Assembly: GCA_002104905.1 (NCBI GenBank)
Contig: MCFE01000052.1
Span: forward strand, 131,876 to 195,875
DNA: 64,000 nt
From: Basidiobolus meristosporus CBS 931.73
Lineage: Eukaryota > Fungi > Basidiobolomycota
Direction: 5' to 3'
Shown here piece after piece: positions 41,901 to 55,080 of this stretch. The notes under the pieces were generated by a model. It was given only the letters and a program-made list of their open reading frames with translations, was not told the origin of the DNA and ran no database searches. The first letter of the stretch is position 1, and the number at the start of each line of letters is the position of its first letter. The translations under genes were made by a program, and so were the position numbers.

Positions 41901-42373
41901 GGACTTGATGACAATCACTGGCTCCTCAGGGATCTCAATGTCCATGGGGACCTCAGGAGTCTCGACCTCAGCAGCCTTCTTGTTCTTTTTGTTTTTCTTG
42001 TTGGCACGAGATATTTGGGACATCAAACCACCGCCAACAGAGTCATCCTCGCCATTGGCATCTTGGCCCTCCTCAGCGGGGGCATCGGGGTTGAGGGCCT
42101 GAGCATCTTCTTCAAACTCATTATCCCTGGAAGTTAAGAAAGCGTTCGGGTAAGTGACTGAGGATCCACCATAAGCGAAGCACGAATTGGGGGAAGGGGG
42201 ATTGTCAGGCCAATGCGATTCAGTCCAATAGACAGCCAATTTTCAGGCCACATTGCTCACGTCCACACGGCTTGGGTCAGAGTACGGGATAGGTTATAGT
42301 GATACAGAATACAGAAACCGGCTTACCAGTAATCGTCTTGCTTCTTTTTATTTCCTCCCTTCTTTTTCGCCAT
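38934..42373 (-). CDS. FUN12: Translation initiation factor eIF5B; exon 1 42373-42327, intron 42326-42127
   Basis: '[21 protein letters not shown]', '[12 protein letters not shown]', '[20 protein letters not shown]', 'NKID'. K/E-rich N-terminus starting [16 protein letters not shown]. Confidence 0.97.
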
Positions 42374-42663
42374 CTCGGGTACCAAGTGTCAAAGAACACA
42401 AAGGAGAGCAGACGCAGGTTTCAATTCAATTAATAGTATCCTCCTAAGATCGTGGTGACGAGGGTAGGGTTCGCAAAAGAAAAAAAAAAGGATCAAAAAT
42501 TTCCACTGATGCTTGGTTTATTTCATAATCGCCTGAATCCCCATTTGGCTTGGTGGTCCAGTACGGGAGTGGGAATTGATTTCATATATTCATCCATAGA
42601 TTTTCTGGCTGTTACATGCATTTCTATCGGAGATGTGTGTCGATGCTAAAAGTTGCGATTTCT

Positions 42664-44557
42664 CTAGGAGTATTTGGAGAAGCAGAGTGAGGCATTGGTG
42701 CCTCCGAATCCAAACGAGTTGGTGATCGCCGCGCGAACCTCTTTCTCTTGCGCGACTTTAGGAACATAATTCAAGTTGAACTCTGTTGAGCAGCTGGGTT
42801 GTTCGAAGTTCAATGTTGGCGGTACCACATTCTATTTTAAGCGATGGCATTAGTAAGATCGTTGGCCGATTCGGCACTACATGCGACGTACCTTGTTTAC
42901 CGCCAAGATGGTGAAGATCGCTTCTACCGCACCGGCTGCACCTAAAAGATGCCCAATGGCACTCTTGGTTGAAGATACAGCAATACGCTTGGCATCCTTG
43001 TTCTGGAAGATGGATTTGATGGCCCGATTTTCAGCCGCATCCCCTGTGTCAAGAGTTTAGCAACAACGTACAAAGATCGTATTTTCTGGTGCCTCACCTA
43101 GTGGAGTGGATGTTGCATGAGCATTGATGTAGTCGATATCGGAAGCAGACAAGCCAGCTACTTCCATAGCACGTTTCATCGCTCTGGCTGCACCGTTTCC
43201 ATCTTCGGGCGGAGCAGTCATATGATTAGCGTCTCCTAGAAACCGTTCAAGCAACAGTGAGTATTGACACGCATAGCAAGTACCCCACTCAAAAACCACC
43301 TGAGAGGCCGTATCCTCTAATCTCGGCGTAAATATGGGCACCACGCTTTTTTGCGTGCTCAAGCTCCTGTTGAACAATTCATGAGTCTAGTTTCCTATTT
43401 CAGCCGCAAGCAAAACTCGCCTCTTACTTCCAATACTACAATGCCGGAGCCTTCTCCGATTACAAACCCATCTCGTCCTTTATCGAATGGTCTGGAAGCA
43501 GCTGTGGGATCTTGGTTGAAGGCGGTGGACAATGATTTGGCGCTAAAGCACTCATGTTAATGCCTGGTACATGCTCAAGCAAGGAATTGAGGGATTACCG
43601 AGCAAAGCCTGCTATTGAAAGAGGAGTGATGCTGGCCTCACTTCCACCAGCAACCATCACATCAGCATCACCGAACTGAATGAACCTCATGGCATCGCCA
43701 ATGGAGTGTGCTCCAGTGGTACAGGCAGTAGAGGCGGCGTGATTTGGCCCCTTGGCAACCAAAGGAGTTAGTAATAACCAATAGAAAAAACTTGCCAAAA
43801 CTATATTACCTTCAACCCGTACTTCAGAGTCAAATGGCCAGCGGCCATGTTAACCAATATGCGCGGAATAAACATAGGACTAACTCGACGATAGCCCTAA
43901 GCAACAGTAAACTTTGAATGCTTGCACCGCTTGTCATAGCTTGTGGGAAACTTACTTGGTTGTAGTATGTATTTGCAGTGCTTGCAATATCCTCTACGCT
44001 TCCTATACCAGACCCCACACAGACCCCCTATTGACGTGTAACTTTTCAATGGCCATACAAGGAACCCCTTCAAAACTAAACACTAACGGTACGAATTCGG
44101 TCCTCTTCGTTATCGGGTAGCCAACCAGCATCCTCCAAGGCTTGCTGAGCAGCACACAACGCGTATTGAGTAAAATCAGCCATCTTTCGGTCGTCCTGTA
44201 GCAAATAACACATTGAGTGATTCACTTCGAAGGTATGCTGAATGACAGCGGGAAACATGGTCATAGCATGAATTTGTTGGGACCGTTTTGCGAACTTACC
44301 CCGCGCTCCAGCCACTCCGAAGGATCAAAAAGATTCTCAGTTTTACTACCTCTTAAAACGACCCCTGCTACGGTAGAGGGTAGCCCATCGAAGTCATGCT
44401 GGGTGCTTGGAAAATGCTCAGGTCGGTTCTCTTTGGTCAAGGAAACGAGGCCTGATTTGGAATTTATAAGCCGCTCCCAGCTTGCTTTAACGCCAGTTGC
44501 TAGAGGAGTCACTAAGCCCAGGCCGGTAACGACCACACGTCTAGTTGCTATGCTCAT
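42664..44557 (-). CDS. CEM1: Mitochondrial 3-oxoacyl-ACP synthase (FabF/OXSM-type), many introns
   Basis: '[14 protein letters not shown]', '[20 protein letters not shown]', '[13 protein letters not shown]', '[17 protein letters not shown]' and '[12 protein letters not shown]' read on the minus strand. Confidence 0.94.
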
Positions 44558-44726
44558 TTGTTCTACCAACCTTACTGCAGGATAGACACTAATGTGGATT
44601 ATTCGTGATTGATGGCAGTCGAAAACTTATCAAATATCCAATCTACCCTGACCAGTGACTGATCAATTGTGCACTAGATAATCTTGATGAATCGGTTTAT
44701 TGATGGATGCTATTGATGGATGCTAC

Positions 44727-47700
44727 TCACGAACTTAACACCTGAAGTATGTTGTCCATGAATGGTTTGGCCAGTTTTGGGAGCAGCTCGAATTCAGGAT
44801 ATTCTATTTTAGGCTCATTCAGGGTGCCCTGGGATTTCTCGGGAACAGCGTCCCAATTACCGATGAATTCCTCCTCACCGTCTGCAGCTGTCGAGGATTG
44901 CACCTCCAGAACATCGTCCAGAGAAATATTGATGTCTCCCAAATCGATTTCCGGGATCTCATCACTTGTGTCGCTGTCAGATTGTGTCAGGCTAACATCT
45001 CTAAGCAATTCAGAATCATCCGGGATGTGGCTTAGATCCGAGCTGCGTAACAATCTGTCGAGAACCTCCTTTGGGATGGGTGTTTCAACTGTGTAGAGAA
45101 ATTCTGGCTCAGTGCTGGCTAGCATCTTCTTGGTTAATTTTCGGAACTGGCGCAGCTTTGTACGAAACGTATACTGCTTCAATAGATCGATGTCTTTCCG
45201 GAGGGTGTGGGCTTCGGTCGAGTCGATGGTGGTTTGAGCGATGCTCTCCAAGTCAATCGACTTTGAAGTGATACCATCACGTAAGGTCCCTAGAATGTGT
45301 TCAATCCAGCCGATCAATTGCTGGAACAAACCATCTCGACGCTGCTTATACAACGAGTGAACAAACTGGTAGAACGTTTCTTGGTGAGATTCCACTAGCT
45401 TGGTGAACCGTTTCATTGTAGTCATAGCCGAGTGATCTTTAAAAACGGGTTAGGGTTATGCCATTTGTTCATTCCGCTCTAACGGCTGGATCCACTTACC
45501 AGAGCTTTGGTTCGTTTCTTCGACAACTCGGATAAGATCCTCTATGAACTTTGCTGAGCTTGAGATAAAGTCGCTAATCTTGGCATCCTATGGTAAACAC
45601 GTGAGCTACTGTTGCTCGCGTGTAATAATCTGACGGTTTAGCTACCTTGTAGATCTGAGCTAGAGGCTGGTAGAATATGGTGAGAATGTCCTTCAAAAGC
45701 TCCCCAGTGACCCCCTAGACCATGTATCGGTAAGATTGGACGGTTCCCTTGCAGCACAGGTATTCGACTAACCTCAAATACAAGTTTGATGGTATTCTCT
45801 ATCTCTCGGATCTGACCATGCAATACCATGACTCGGTACAATGTCTTGAGCATCAATTCGTTCTCACCATAGACACACATCTTTTCATCAAGGTCTAGCG
45901 AAGTGTCTTCATTGCTTTCACTAATTGCTGATTCCATCAAAGGGTCTACCAAGTTCGCTTCCTTCAGGTATTTGAGGGCTTCGCCAAGAATCGCTCCTGT
46001 CTCGGAAGCGATTGAAGGGGAAATGTTCGGATCCTGGATAATGTGCACAAGCCTATCCAAATCATTTTCAACTGAAGGGGCCATTAGTAAATGTTGAAAT
46101 CATGAGCGATCATCTCCCAAACATGTACAACCTTCGCTATCCCAAAGTGGACTCTCTTGCAAATAAATGTAATTGCGGATCTTCTCGCACAAGGCACTCT
46201 CATTGATAGACTCTTCAATCCGGTTGATTTCCTCCTTCTTTCTGTTGATCGATTCATTCAATGTGATCGACACAGTTCTTTACGCCGTATTCTTAGTAAA
46301 CCCGCACGCCAATTGGTAAATTGTTGTCAGCGCGTACCTTTGTAGTATACTGGGTTGCCCGAAGGGTTGGGCAAGAAATAGGTCCAACACTCCCTTCATC
46401 ATGGCTGTGGGATTAGCAATGCGCAGAATACCGCCCAACGCCCGATAAGGTATCAAACTGTGAGTTTGTTTCAATTGGTGAAAGTTACAAGTTGCATTAT
46501 CATCTGCACAAAATACTCTATACAGCGTGAATGCAAAACTATCCCCAATAATAGATGCGTTAGTGAGGTGAAGTTGGTTCAGAATATTCTTGGGCCAGGA
46601 GAGAGGGAGGGGCACTTACTTGATAGTGAAGAGCTCGATCAATTTCTTATAGTGTGACGGCAGTTCCGAAGTGGTTGAGATGTCATGGAGAGTGTTCGAG
46701 AACGTTTTAAATCCACCTGTATATGTTGGTCACTTGCACATTCGTAATATTCATGGAATCGAGTATGTACCTTCATGAAGTAATTCTTTCTTGAATTTCG
46801 CAATGGTTTCTTTGAGCTCTTCGGCCTTCTCCTCGGTCATGATCATGATTTTTTGGTACTCTGCGTTCTTATCTGCGACGTAGACTCTTCTATTTTCCGC
46901 ATCAGCAAAATCCTCTTCGTCCAACTCGATCGGAGTTGACGTGAGGAAATCTTTGGTAGCTCGGCACCGCAATATCAATGGATTTCGAAGCACACTGCGG
47001 ATATACGTCTGAAGGGATATCCGATCTTTCTCGCGGTAATAGGTCTCCTGGGATGCATGCTTGAACTTTGGTGGTGGTGAAGGCAACTCTAGCGTTGGAA
47101 ACGTCCGTTTGATCTAGGCCACGAGGTTAGAAGCGAGAAAATGGGGTTAATACCTATTGGCAAGCCTATGATCGAATAAGCCTACCTGATCGAAGAATTT
47201 TGTACATTGCGAGTAGCTTCGGAGAACATAGATATCACCACCCCAATCTGGTAAACTGCATTTGATAATAAACATCTGAAGCATAATGTCAGTGCTTGTC
47301 AATATCCTGCAGGCAATCTGTGTGTGTATACCGCTTTTTCTTTCTGTATCAGGAACTTCTTTTTGAACTGGCGCCTGACTGAGACGATCTCCACAAACGG
47401 CCCTAATTTAGTGTCGGCGGTGTGGTCAGTAGATGGGCTCAGCTTAGCTGTATTCTTTTTCGAGCCAGGCTCAGGATGGCGATTGGTTGGCGATAGCTTA
47501 TCAATGCTGATTGGTATGCCAGTATTAAACAGCAGTACCAGGACTTTTTCAAGCTTCAATGCAAGCTTGTCCGGTTTGCCGTTCGATCTGAAGTTGATCG
47601 ACCGCGTGCATGATCTGTATTCTTCAAATGCGTTCAAAAACTGCTGCAGTTTAGGCCAGAAGTTCAAGTTGACTTCCTTAAGAAATGGGAAAGTCAACAC

Positions 47701-48071
47701 GTATTGTGTGAAGGCAAATCTCAATAGAGGGGTGCCATTGAATTCCTCTGATGTCACGGGTTTATCCACGCAGGCGACTGACTCGGATTCATTCCGCCTT
47801 CTATACAGGAAATCTAGGAAAGAGGAGCTTCTATGACTTGAGGGTAGCTGTAGTAACGAGTGATCGTGAACGAGGTGATTAAGAGTCAATGTTCTTCTAA
47901 AAGTATCCATCTCAGAGTGGATTTGTCGGGCAAGTAGGTCGCGTTTTATCAGATGTTGCTCTTTGCGCGACAACTGGACCAGCGTTTCGTGGGGCTCCAA
48001 AGCCATCCTTCCGTGATGAATAAAGTTTGATATGTATGAGTGATGTTCCTCAGGCAAAGTATTTATAGGAA
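44727..48071 (-). CDS. PX-domain protein with PX-associated and DUF3818-like regions (yeast YPR097W-like); start codon not located
   Basis: 'YVLTFPFL', PX-like 'REKDRISLQTYIRSVL', 'KQTHSLIPYRALGGILRIANPTAMMKGVLDLFLAQPFGQPSILQR', 'FYQFVHSLY'. Confidence 0.78.
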
Positions 48072-48759
48072 CTGGGAAGAATAGGGTGAAACCGTTAACA
48101 AAAGGATTATTGCGATTATTCGTGGTAGATAATGATACTATATCGGATTAGGTTGGATCCGCGCAAAACCAAGGAAATAATCTTCCTGGCCTAGCCAAAG
48201 AGAGAAGAAGAGAGAGACGGGATAGATACAATGATGGCCAGTGAAAGATGATAAGAGAGATGGGATAGATACAATGATGGCCCGTATACTTGTACACACA
48301 AGACATATTGATACCTGTGCACAAAGTTCATGTACGATCTCCCCTGGAAACATGGTCCCTTCCATCCTGCAGATCCATTCACTACTCCTTTTTGCTAACC
48401 AAACGTGTAGCTGTACGTATTATTGCTGATGATATCATCCGCCCATCAATTATCCCAATCAGGAATGCAACGAACAACGGATTGAAGAACTAATTTCGAT
48501 TCATGCAATCATACTGATAATAGATGAAACAATGATTACTCCACATCGAGTTGTCATTGGTAGCTGCTGGCCGAAAATGAGGTTGAGTCATGTGTGCGTC
48601 CCTTGGGATCAACATTCGTTTGTAACTTGCTTACTATTGTTATCTATTTATTCGGAACTTGCCAACTAATGCCTATGTTTGATTCGGTGGGTTGACGGCT
48701 TGGTGGCGGTCAACTAAAGATGTATGCTTGCTTTTTATATGTAGATGTATGCTTGCTTT

Positions 48760-51136
48760 TCATATGCTGCGCTCAACAAACGACTGAATGATGCCTTCAA
48801 TGGTAGCTGGGTATTCTTTCAGGATTACCGAGTCTCCTTCCCGAACTGTATTGGCCTGAACGAATAGCTTTCGGGGCTGCTTGTGTGAAAGGACAATATC
48901 TCGCAGAGGAATCCAATCATCCGGAACTGAAGTCACCTCCGCATACATGGCTGAGCCAGCCTCAAAGTCCGCCGTGGCCTTGTACACTTGAAGCTTTTGG
49001 AGGAATTCGTGCATAGCTGGCATTCCTACGGTCATGATTTTATTACGGTCCAGTGTGATGACAGCATCAGTGTCATCAGAATTACGCTCAAGTCTGACGA
49101 AGTCCTGCCCTGCCTCCAGAAGGACACGTAATATAGCATAGCGTGCCATCATGTGGGCCTGTCCCCATTTCCTTGCTGCTGGATTGTAGAATTCCAAACC
49201 GAGTAGCCCAGCCCGAACCATTGACAGCCATCCAATATACATGACATCATCGGCCAATCCCTTGTCGTGACTACAATCGGTATGGCCAAATACGCGCAGA
49301 GCATCTTTGTCGGTGGACAAGTAAAGCGCCACGGATTCAGCACGGCATTCCTCATAGGAGGATGCGATATTTTTAAAGACCGATCCCCATGTTTCCCCAG
49401 GCTTGTACCAAGTGGTGATAGGGCTCTTGGTAATGGGCGAAATAGGAGGAGCTGTCGTATTGAAGTTGAACATTCCAGGCTCTTGCTCTGCTAATAATTT
49501 GCCTGAACCATGCCCAAGCAATTCGTGCAAGCCGACTTGGACCTCAAACGAAGGGCCTTTCAACCTCTCGTATAGAATCCGATCAGATTCCGTGAGAAAC
49601 GGATATTTCTCCGTGGAGGATTTTGCATTCAATACATTACCCAAGCTCACATTCTTGAAGCCATAGGATTCACGAATATCGTCGTAATTGGGGATGTTGA
49701 TACCTACATGGAGAGCGTTATGATTTGCGAGTGGCTTGAAAGTTTAGTTCGCTTACCAGCAGGAATTCCCCCCGTGGCGAACGATAGCACTTCTAGCGAA
49801 GTAAAGTCAGGCTTGTGGAAGCTATCTTTCTCGTAATCAACACCCCTTATATACAGCAGTTAGTGGATAGAATTTGGTGAATTGCAAAGGCACGCCTACC
49901 AAGGTAATTTCGAAATGAAATACTCCGCATTGTCAACTAGCACGCCAAACTTTTTGGTGCGATCTTTGTTAACCATTGCAACGAAGCCTTCCCATTCAGC
50001 ACGAATCCCAGCAGGGTCACGGTAGGTCTCAATGAATCCAATGTTGGACTCTACTGTTGGCCCAATATCCTTTATCCAATGCTTTTGAGATTCTTTATGA
50101 GCGGGTATCGAGCCGGTGGCAAAGCTCTCTGCGTATTTCTCCAACATAAGTCGCTGATTATCATTGGCCGCGTGTGGGATTGCTGCTAGGATCTCAGCGG
50201 TGATTTTTTCCATGATTGTGTGGTAATCCCCGTACACTATTCTAATGGTTTTCCCCTCCTTCGTTTGGTGGATTTCGGGTGCTTTGACACTAGCAGATGC
50301 GACTCTGACTTCAAACTCAGTGTCTGATACCTTGAATAGCCTAGAATGGAAGTCAGTAAATATCGGTTTCCAGAGGCCAATCGTACTCAGTACCTGGTAT
50401 TTAATGAGTCTGTATCTATGGATTCCAGATATTTCTGAACTTCTAAGATATCCTGCTTGGTAACATTTTCTGAATAGTAATTTGAAATGTGGCCATCATC
50501 AACATATCCCAGGAGGTTCTTAGATATCGGAGTGACGGAGTATAGGTGATCTTTGACAGAGTTAAACAAATCTGTAACACGTTGTACTCCTCTAGCTCCA
50601 ACTATAGCTTCCAAAGAGGCTTCAGGTATTCTTGGGATGAATTTCGTATCGCCAAAAGACTTGTAATTGGCCAAATTAGTAAGAAATTGACCAGCATATT
50701 GAAGCCAATGCTGAAACGTCTCCTTGTCAACACCACTCCTCTGTTGAAGTTCGTTCAAATCTATAAGCTGCCCACTCTTTTGATCCTTAAATAACGCAAC
50801 GATAAAGTCGAAAATACTCTCGCTTTCTTGAGTAGTTTGTCTTAATATTATGCGTGCTCCGAGCCAACTGGCCTGGCTAATATGGTGAGCGTAAATTTTT
50901 TCGCTATTCTGTAATAAATCAAAGTGCCGTTTGATTTCTAATCTACAAACTGGCGCTTCGCGGTCAGCATAGTGTTGTTCTTCGATAGTGGAGGTAGTTA
51001 CAAATCGAGGAAAAACAGAGCAAGCATGCTTAACGGGTGACAACGCGACGGGAATTGCCACCTTTGATAAACGCAAGAAGTTTTGGCCAACAGCTGAAAA
51101 CCTGTTGGCTGGAATTATCCTATTTAACGACAGCAT
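48760..51136 (-). CDS. DPP3: Dipeptidyl peptidase III (peptidase M49), multi-exon
   Basis: '[11 protein letters not shown]' zinc motif, 'EECRAESV', '[10 protein letters not shown]', '[11 protein letters not shown]', '[12 protein letters not shown]'. Confidence 0.96.
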
Positions 51137-51349
51137 AATACGATAACAATAAGTTATAGACAGTAGCAAGAGTCAAAAACTTCAGTTATTAACTATCAAA
51201 TGGAAATGAAAATCCACCAATCTCCGCCATTCACTCCAATGGAAATCTATAATATCGAAATATAGGAACAACTTGCTTTCGAGTGTTCAAATTTAGGTGA
51301 TCCAAGCCACTTAAATATGAATATGATTAAATCGCCCATATTTATTGCA

Positions 51350-52176
51350 TTATAGTGTACCGTATACAGACTTGAAATTCTCTCTAGATGCTACCTTGGC
51401 CAGATACCGTTGTATGTTAGGTCTTCCCTCCAACACCACATCTCCCTTGACTGACTTCAGACGAACCAATAATGGAATGGCATGCACATCGGCCGATGTA
51501 TACTTCTCTCCCACGATATATGGCCCACTCGCTAACTGGGCGTCTAACTGATCCAGATACGATTCTGCCTTTTGCCATTCAGCTCGGTGAAGATCAAATA
51601 AAGGTTGTGCTTGTTCAGGATGTTCATAGGCAACCAAGATCGATTTCAATTGACCTAGTTTTTCATGATAGAATGGTGTGTCTTGTTTCTGAATGAACTC
51701 TGTCAAGGCTTTTACACGACCACCGAAAAACCCTTCGACAAAGGCTCTTTTTTGCTCCAATTCAACTGGATCAGCAGGGGAAAAGGCCAAGAAATTTCCA
51801 TCAATGCGGTGTGTTTCTTTGATCCAGTGGGTGATGGCTGCTCTATCACTGGCGGGGTAAAGCTCGGTTCCTGGGTACTTTTCATCGAGATACTCGGTAA
51901 TCGTAGTAGAATCATCCAGAATCTTGTTTGTTTCTGAGTTTACCAAGGCAGGCACAGTGCCATTCGCATTGATCCTGGAACGAAAGGTTACAATCTAAAT
52001 GTGACTAAGATAGAGACTACATCATGATGTTACCTAAGGTATTCAGGGGAGAAGTTTTCACCACCCGGCAAATCGACTTCCACTACCTCGATATCGGTTA
52101 TGTTCTTCTCGGCCAGAGTAAGACGAACTGGACCAGGCCATAGCGCTTGTTTGAAAGAGTAGATTTTGACTGGCAT
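51350..52176 (-). CDS. Glutathione S-transferase (2 exons)
   Basis: Exon 1 'MPVKIYSFKQALWPGPVRLTLAEK...EVDLPGGENFSPEYLR', exon 2 'INANGTVPALV...DSTTITEYLD', and C-terminal-domain 'GPYIVGEKYTSADV'. Confidence 0.88.
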
Positions 52177-52933
52177 TATTTTAGAGATTTTAGAGATGAT
52201 TGTAAAATTGCGTGCCATTGACTTTATATAGTATTTAGTGTGGTGCTTTGCGTAATCCCAGACCGATGATTATGAACGTGTGTACAATTTGGGATTCGCA
52301 TTTGATGAAGATTTCAGAACGAATACCCTATAAACGGCCCTTTTAGTAATCAACTGCCTGAAATAGTGGGATGCGGATTTATAAGCATGTCAATTGGAAG
52401 ATATTTCAGATAACTCAATGCCTTTCTGAATCAATGAAAATGTCGGAATTGCGTATGAAGAGCATGTGTGAAAGGCGTAGTTCAGCCGAGTGGTTGGTGA
52501 CAACCGTGGAACGATGTACATATAGCTCGGCCCATAATGTGTCGCATTACTTTTCCTAACACAAGCCCGATACTAGTTTCTACATATTGGCAGCTTATCG
52601 GTGAATCAGAAGTAGGCAGAGATGCCTTCCTGTCTAGGCATAGTTCATCAGGGAGCTTGGCATTAATTCAACAAGAGGAGCTGAGCTCATCCATTTCCCC
52701 ATTGATAACCAACTGATCGGCTTTATAATGTTTGTTTACCGTTCAGAATGCTTTGACAAGTTGTATGTGATTGCAAACTTTAACCACATTGCAATAATAA
52801 ATATCCCTGCCAGAAATCGCTACCCTAATTATGCAAATGTTTATTTATTGATCTTTGAATAAATTCCTTCACAGGCATTACAACAATGCTTCTAAAAGAG
52901 TTAGGGTTCGATTGCACTCGTATAGAAGATGTT

Positions 52934-53107
52934 CTACTGTGGACCGTATACAGACTTTATTTTTTTAAGATACTGTGGCGAAAGATTTCCAGCAGCAGCT
53001 AGATCGACCTCCACTACCGAGATATCGGTTCTGTTCTTCTCGGCCAGAGTAAAACGAACTGGACCAGGCCATAGCGCTTGCTTGTTGGGATAAATCTTGA
53101 TAGGCGT
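52934..53107 (-). pseudogene. Truncated paralogue of GST exon 1
   Basis: 'PIKIYPNKQALWPGPVRFTLAEKNRTDISVVEVDLAAAGNLSPQYLK' closely matches GST exon 1. The start position reads ACG, the GT donor is absent, and no exon 2 follows. Confidence 0.85.
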
Positions 53108-54415
53108 ATTTTCTAATGTGGCTAGAATATGTCTGAGCACAAGACTTATTAGTACTCGTTACTCTTCTTGATGTAATAGGTTGTATGGGTCGTTTGCCGG
53201 CTTCCGTCGTTGCTTACATTTTATTATTAATGATTGTCACTACTACGACTATCATTTCCTATATACTCCACAGCAAATATGTTGTACAACATAACTTTCA
53301 CACATCGTAGGCTATCTACTTCGGCCTATCACGTAATGCTTTCTGGATGAGTAGAATTTATTAATCTGAATCAATCATCAAGGCTAAGCCTCGATAGTGG
53401 TTTATTGAAATTCTTCTACTTGATGTTAATTAGTATATTGTAGAGATGTCAGGTTATTAACTTCATGCGGAATAACACACCAATAATCAGTTGGGTCAAG
53501 CTACATGGATTACAGGGTTCTTCAGTGGGCTGCTTTGCTACAGTATGGATTCTAATCAATATCTGAGTTGTAAAACTTGCTGATGGAAAGACATAACTAA
53601 AGTCGAGGTAGATTTCCTGGTCAATTTGACCAATACCGAAATAGCGCTTATCTCTTTTTCCTCACTAAGTGTAGCTCTCAACATCAGGTTTCTGTTCAGA
53701 CATGCTTATTAGTATGCCTACGATGTTCTTAGCTTAGTTCTTTGGAATCGCAGAGTGATCTGATTGAATAGTCGGATTGGCCTTGGTATTTGCCAGTGTG
53801 ACTTGCTGTGAAAGTTAAATGCAGATATCTGAAAATCCAAAGAATGGGAGAATATGTGAAGTGGGAGCGAATGAAGTGGCTGCAACGGCTTACTTCTGTA
53901 CCACATATGTTAATTCAGGCTTATTAAAAAATGATGGTGGGTAGGAAGTATGGTAATTTTTATGCATCAAAAAAATATATTATGGAGCTAGGGTACTCAA
54001 GGATCGAGCAGCTCAAAAAACTGGCCTAAATCAGTTGGTCTACACTATCTGTAATGTGCGAGGTAAATCCCGGATTGGTAGCCAAGTTTGGCAACGTCGC
54101 TCACCATATGCCATTATTACAATAGAAATATTTGTCAGATACTTTTATCAACACCAGATAGCCCCACTATGTGCGGTTGCGGAGTATTGTGGTCCAATTC
54201 TGATACTTCACAATGCCAAGACACGCTTGAAGTGTGCTATTAGGTCAAATATATCCTCAAAACTATGTTTTGGGGTTTAGGGTACAATTGGGAAGTACCA
54301 CGCCCTAGGAAAAAAAATTGAAAAAAGCCAGCAGAACACTGTCATAATATCAGCTGAATTCCATGTTTCTCAAAACCGACAACTCTCAATATCTCAGGAA
54401 CTAGCTGCTGGTCAG

Positions 54416-54731
54416 TTAGGGGAGGGAAAGTCACCAAGTCAGTGAAATCTTTATTTGAGTTAAGAACTAATCTAAGTACAAATAAAGAAGCCAATTAAGA
54501 GGTCTAGAACCTCTCTAATAAGTAATCTAATTTATGTTTTGTTTCATCTCTAATGTTTGTTTCAATAAAGTGAAGCTCATCAGGGGTAAATATAAAATTC
54601 AGGGGTTTTGGGGGAAGTACAAATTGTAGATGTTTCTGATCAATATAATCCAAGACTGGAACCCAGCCTGGGATTAGGTGTAGTAGGAAAGGTGTGTGGA
54701 CTTGTTAGTAGCTCTGCCACATAGATCTTAG
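54416..54731 (-). mobile_element. 3' remnant of a diverged (family 2) telomere-type LINE: ORF2 C-terminus plus 3' tail, interrupted by copia
   Basis: Minus strand reads LRSMWQSY*QVHTPFLLHLIPGWVPVLDYIDQKHLQFVLPPKPLNFIFTPDEL...LERF*. This aligns with the family 1 C-terminus LTDLWQQYLQQHTPFMMNINPYHIPLINVVHKSFLPLLLPPFPLNSVLSTEEL. It carries the shared tail and begins at TTAGGG (54416). Confidence 0.82.
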
Positions 54732-55080
54732 TGTTGTAAGAGTCTTGGAGATATTGGAAGTGATTGGGAGAACAAGTAGATTATGTGGTTTTCACTTAAT
54801 GATTTATTGATTGTAAAAGTAGTATTTATACTTTTACCAAGTCTTGGCATAACAAACACGTAGAATAGGTTAAGGAAGGTCCCAAGAACATGTGTGCAAA
54901 GTTTGGGGCTGTTTGGACAACTTTGAGAATTTTCATGTTCTGGGTACCTGGTATTTTGGTGAAAATATTCTAAGTAAATCCCGACAAGGAATTTGGTCAG
55001 TATTTTCTAGGATTTGAAGGTAATGATCTAAGTGACTAAGTTAGGTAAATATTTAGGTGGAAATACGAATTTTTACAACA
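54732..55080 (-). repeat. Copia 3' LTR (349 bp)
   Basis: Bounded by 8-bp inverted termini TGTTGTAA...TTACAACA. Immediately follows the purine tract (minus strand GAGTAGGAG) after the pol stop codon. Confidence 0.85.

Noticed and set aside
39000-42140. Many long antisense or alternative-frame ORFs over eIF5B, CYR1, kinesin, the TPR gene and the LINEs
   Set aside because: They are shadows of biased, low-complexity coding sequence on the other strand and have no independent motifs.
42127-42326. Unusually long (200-nt) first intron of eIF5B as a possible snoRNA host
   Set aside because: I found no C/D boxes and no properly placed H (ANANNA) plus ACA pair.
48211-48282. Short direct repeats (43-bp period here; 25-bp period at 48718-48766; 13-bp at about 44700-44725)
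   Set aside because: Two-copy local duplications near gene ends with no further structure, most likely replication slippage.
54270-54330. GGGTTTAGGGT and CCTAGGAAAAAA resembling the distal spacer (63671-63683)
   Set aside because: The match is short and low-complexity, so homology cannot be supported.
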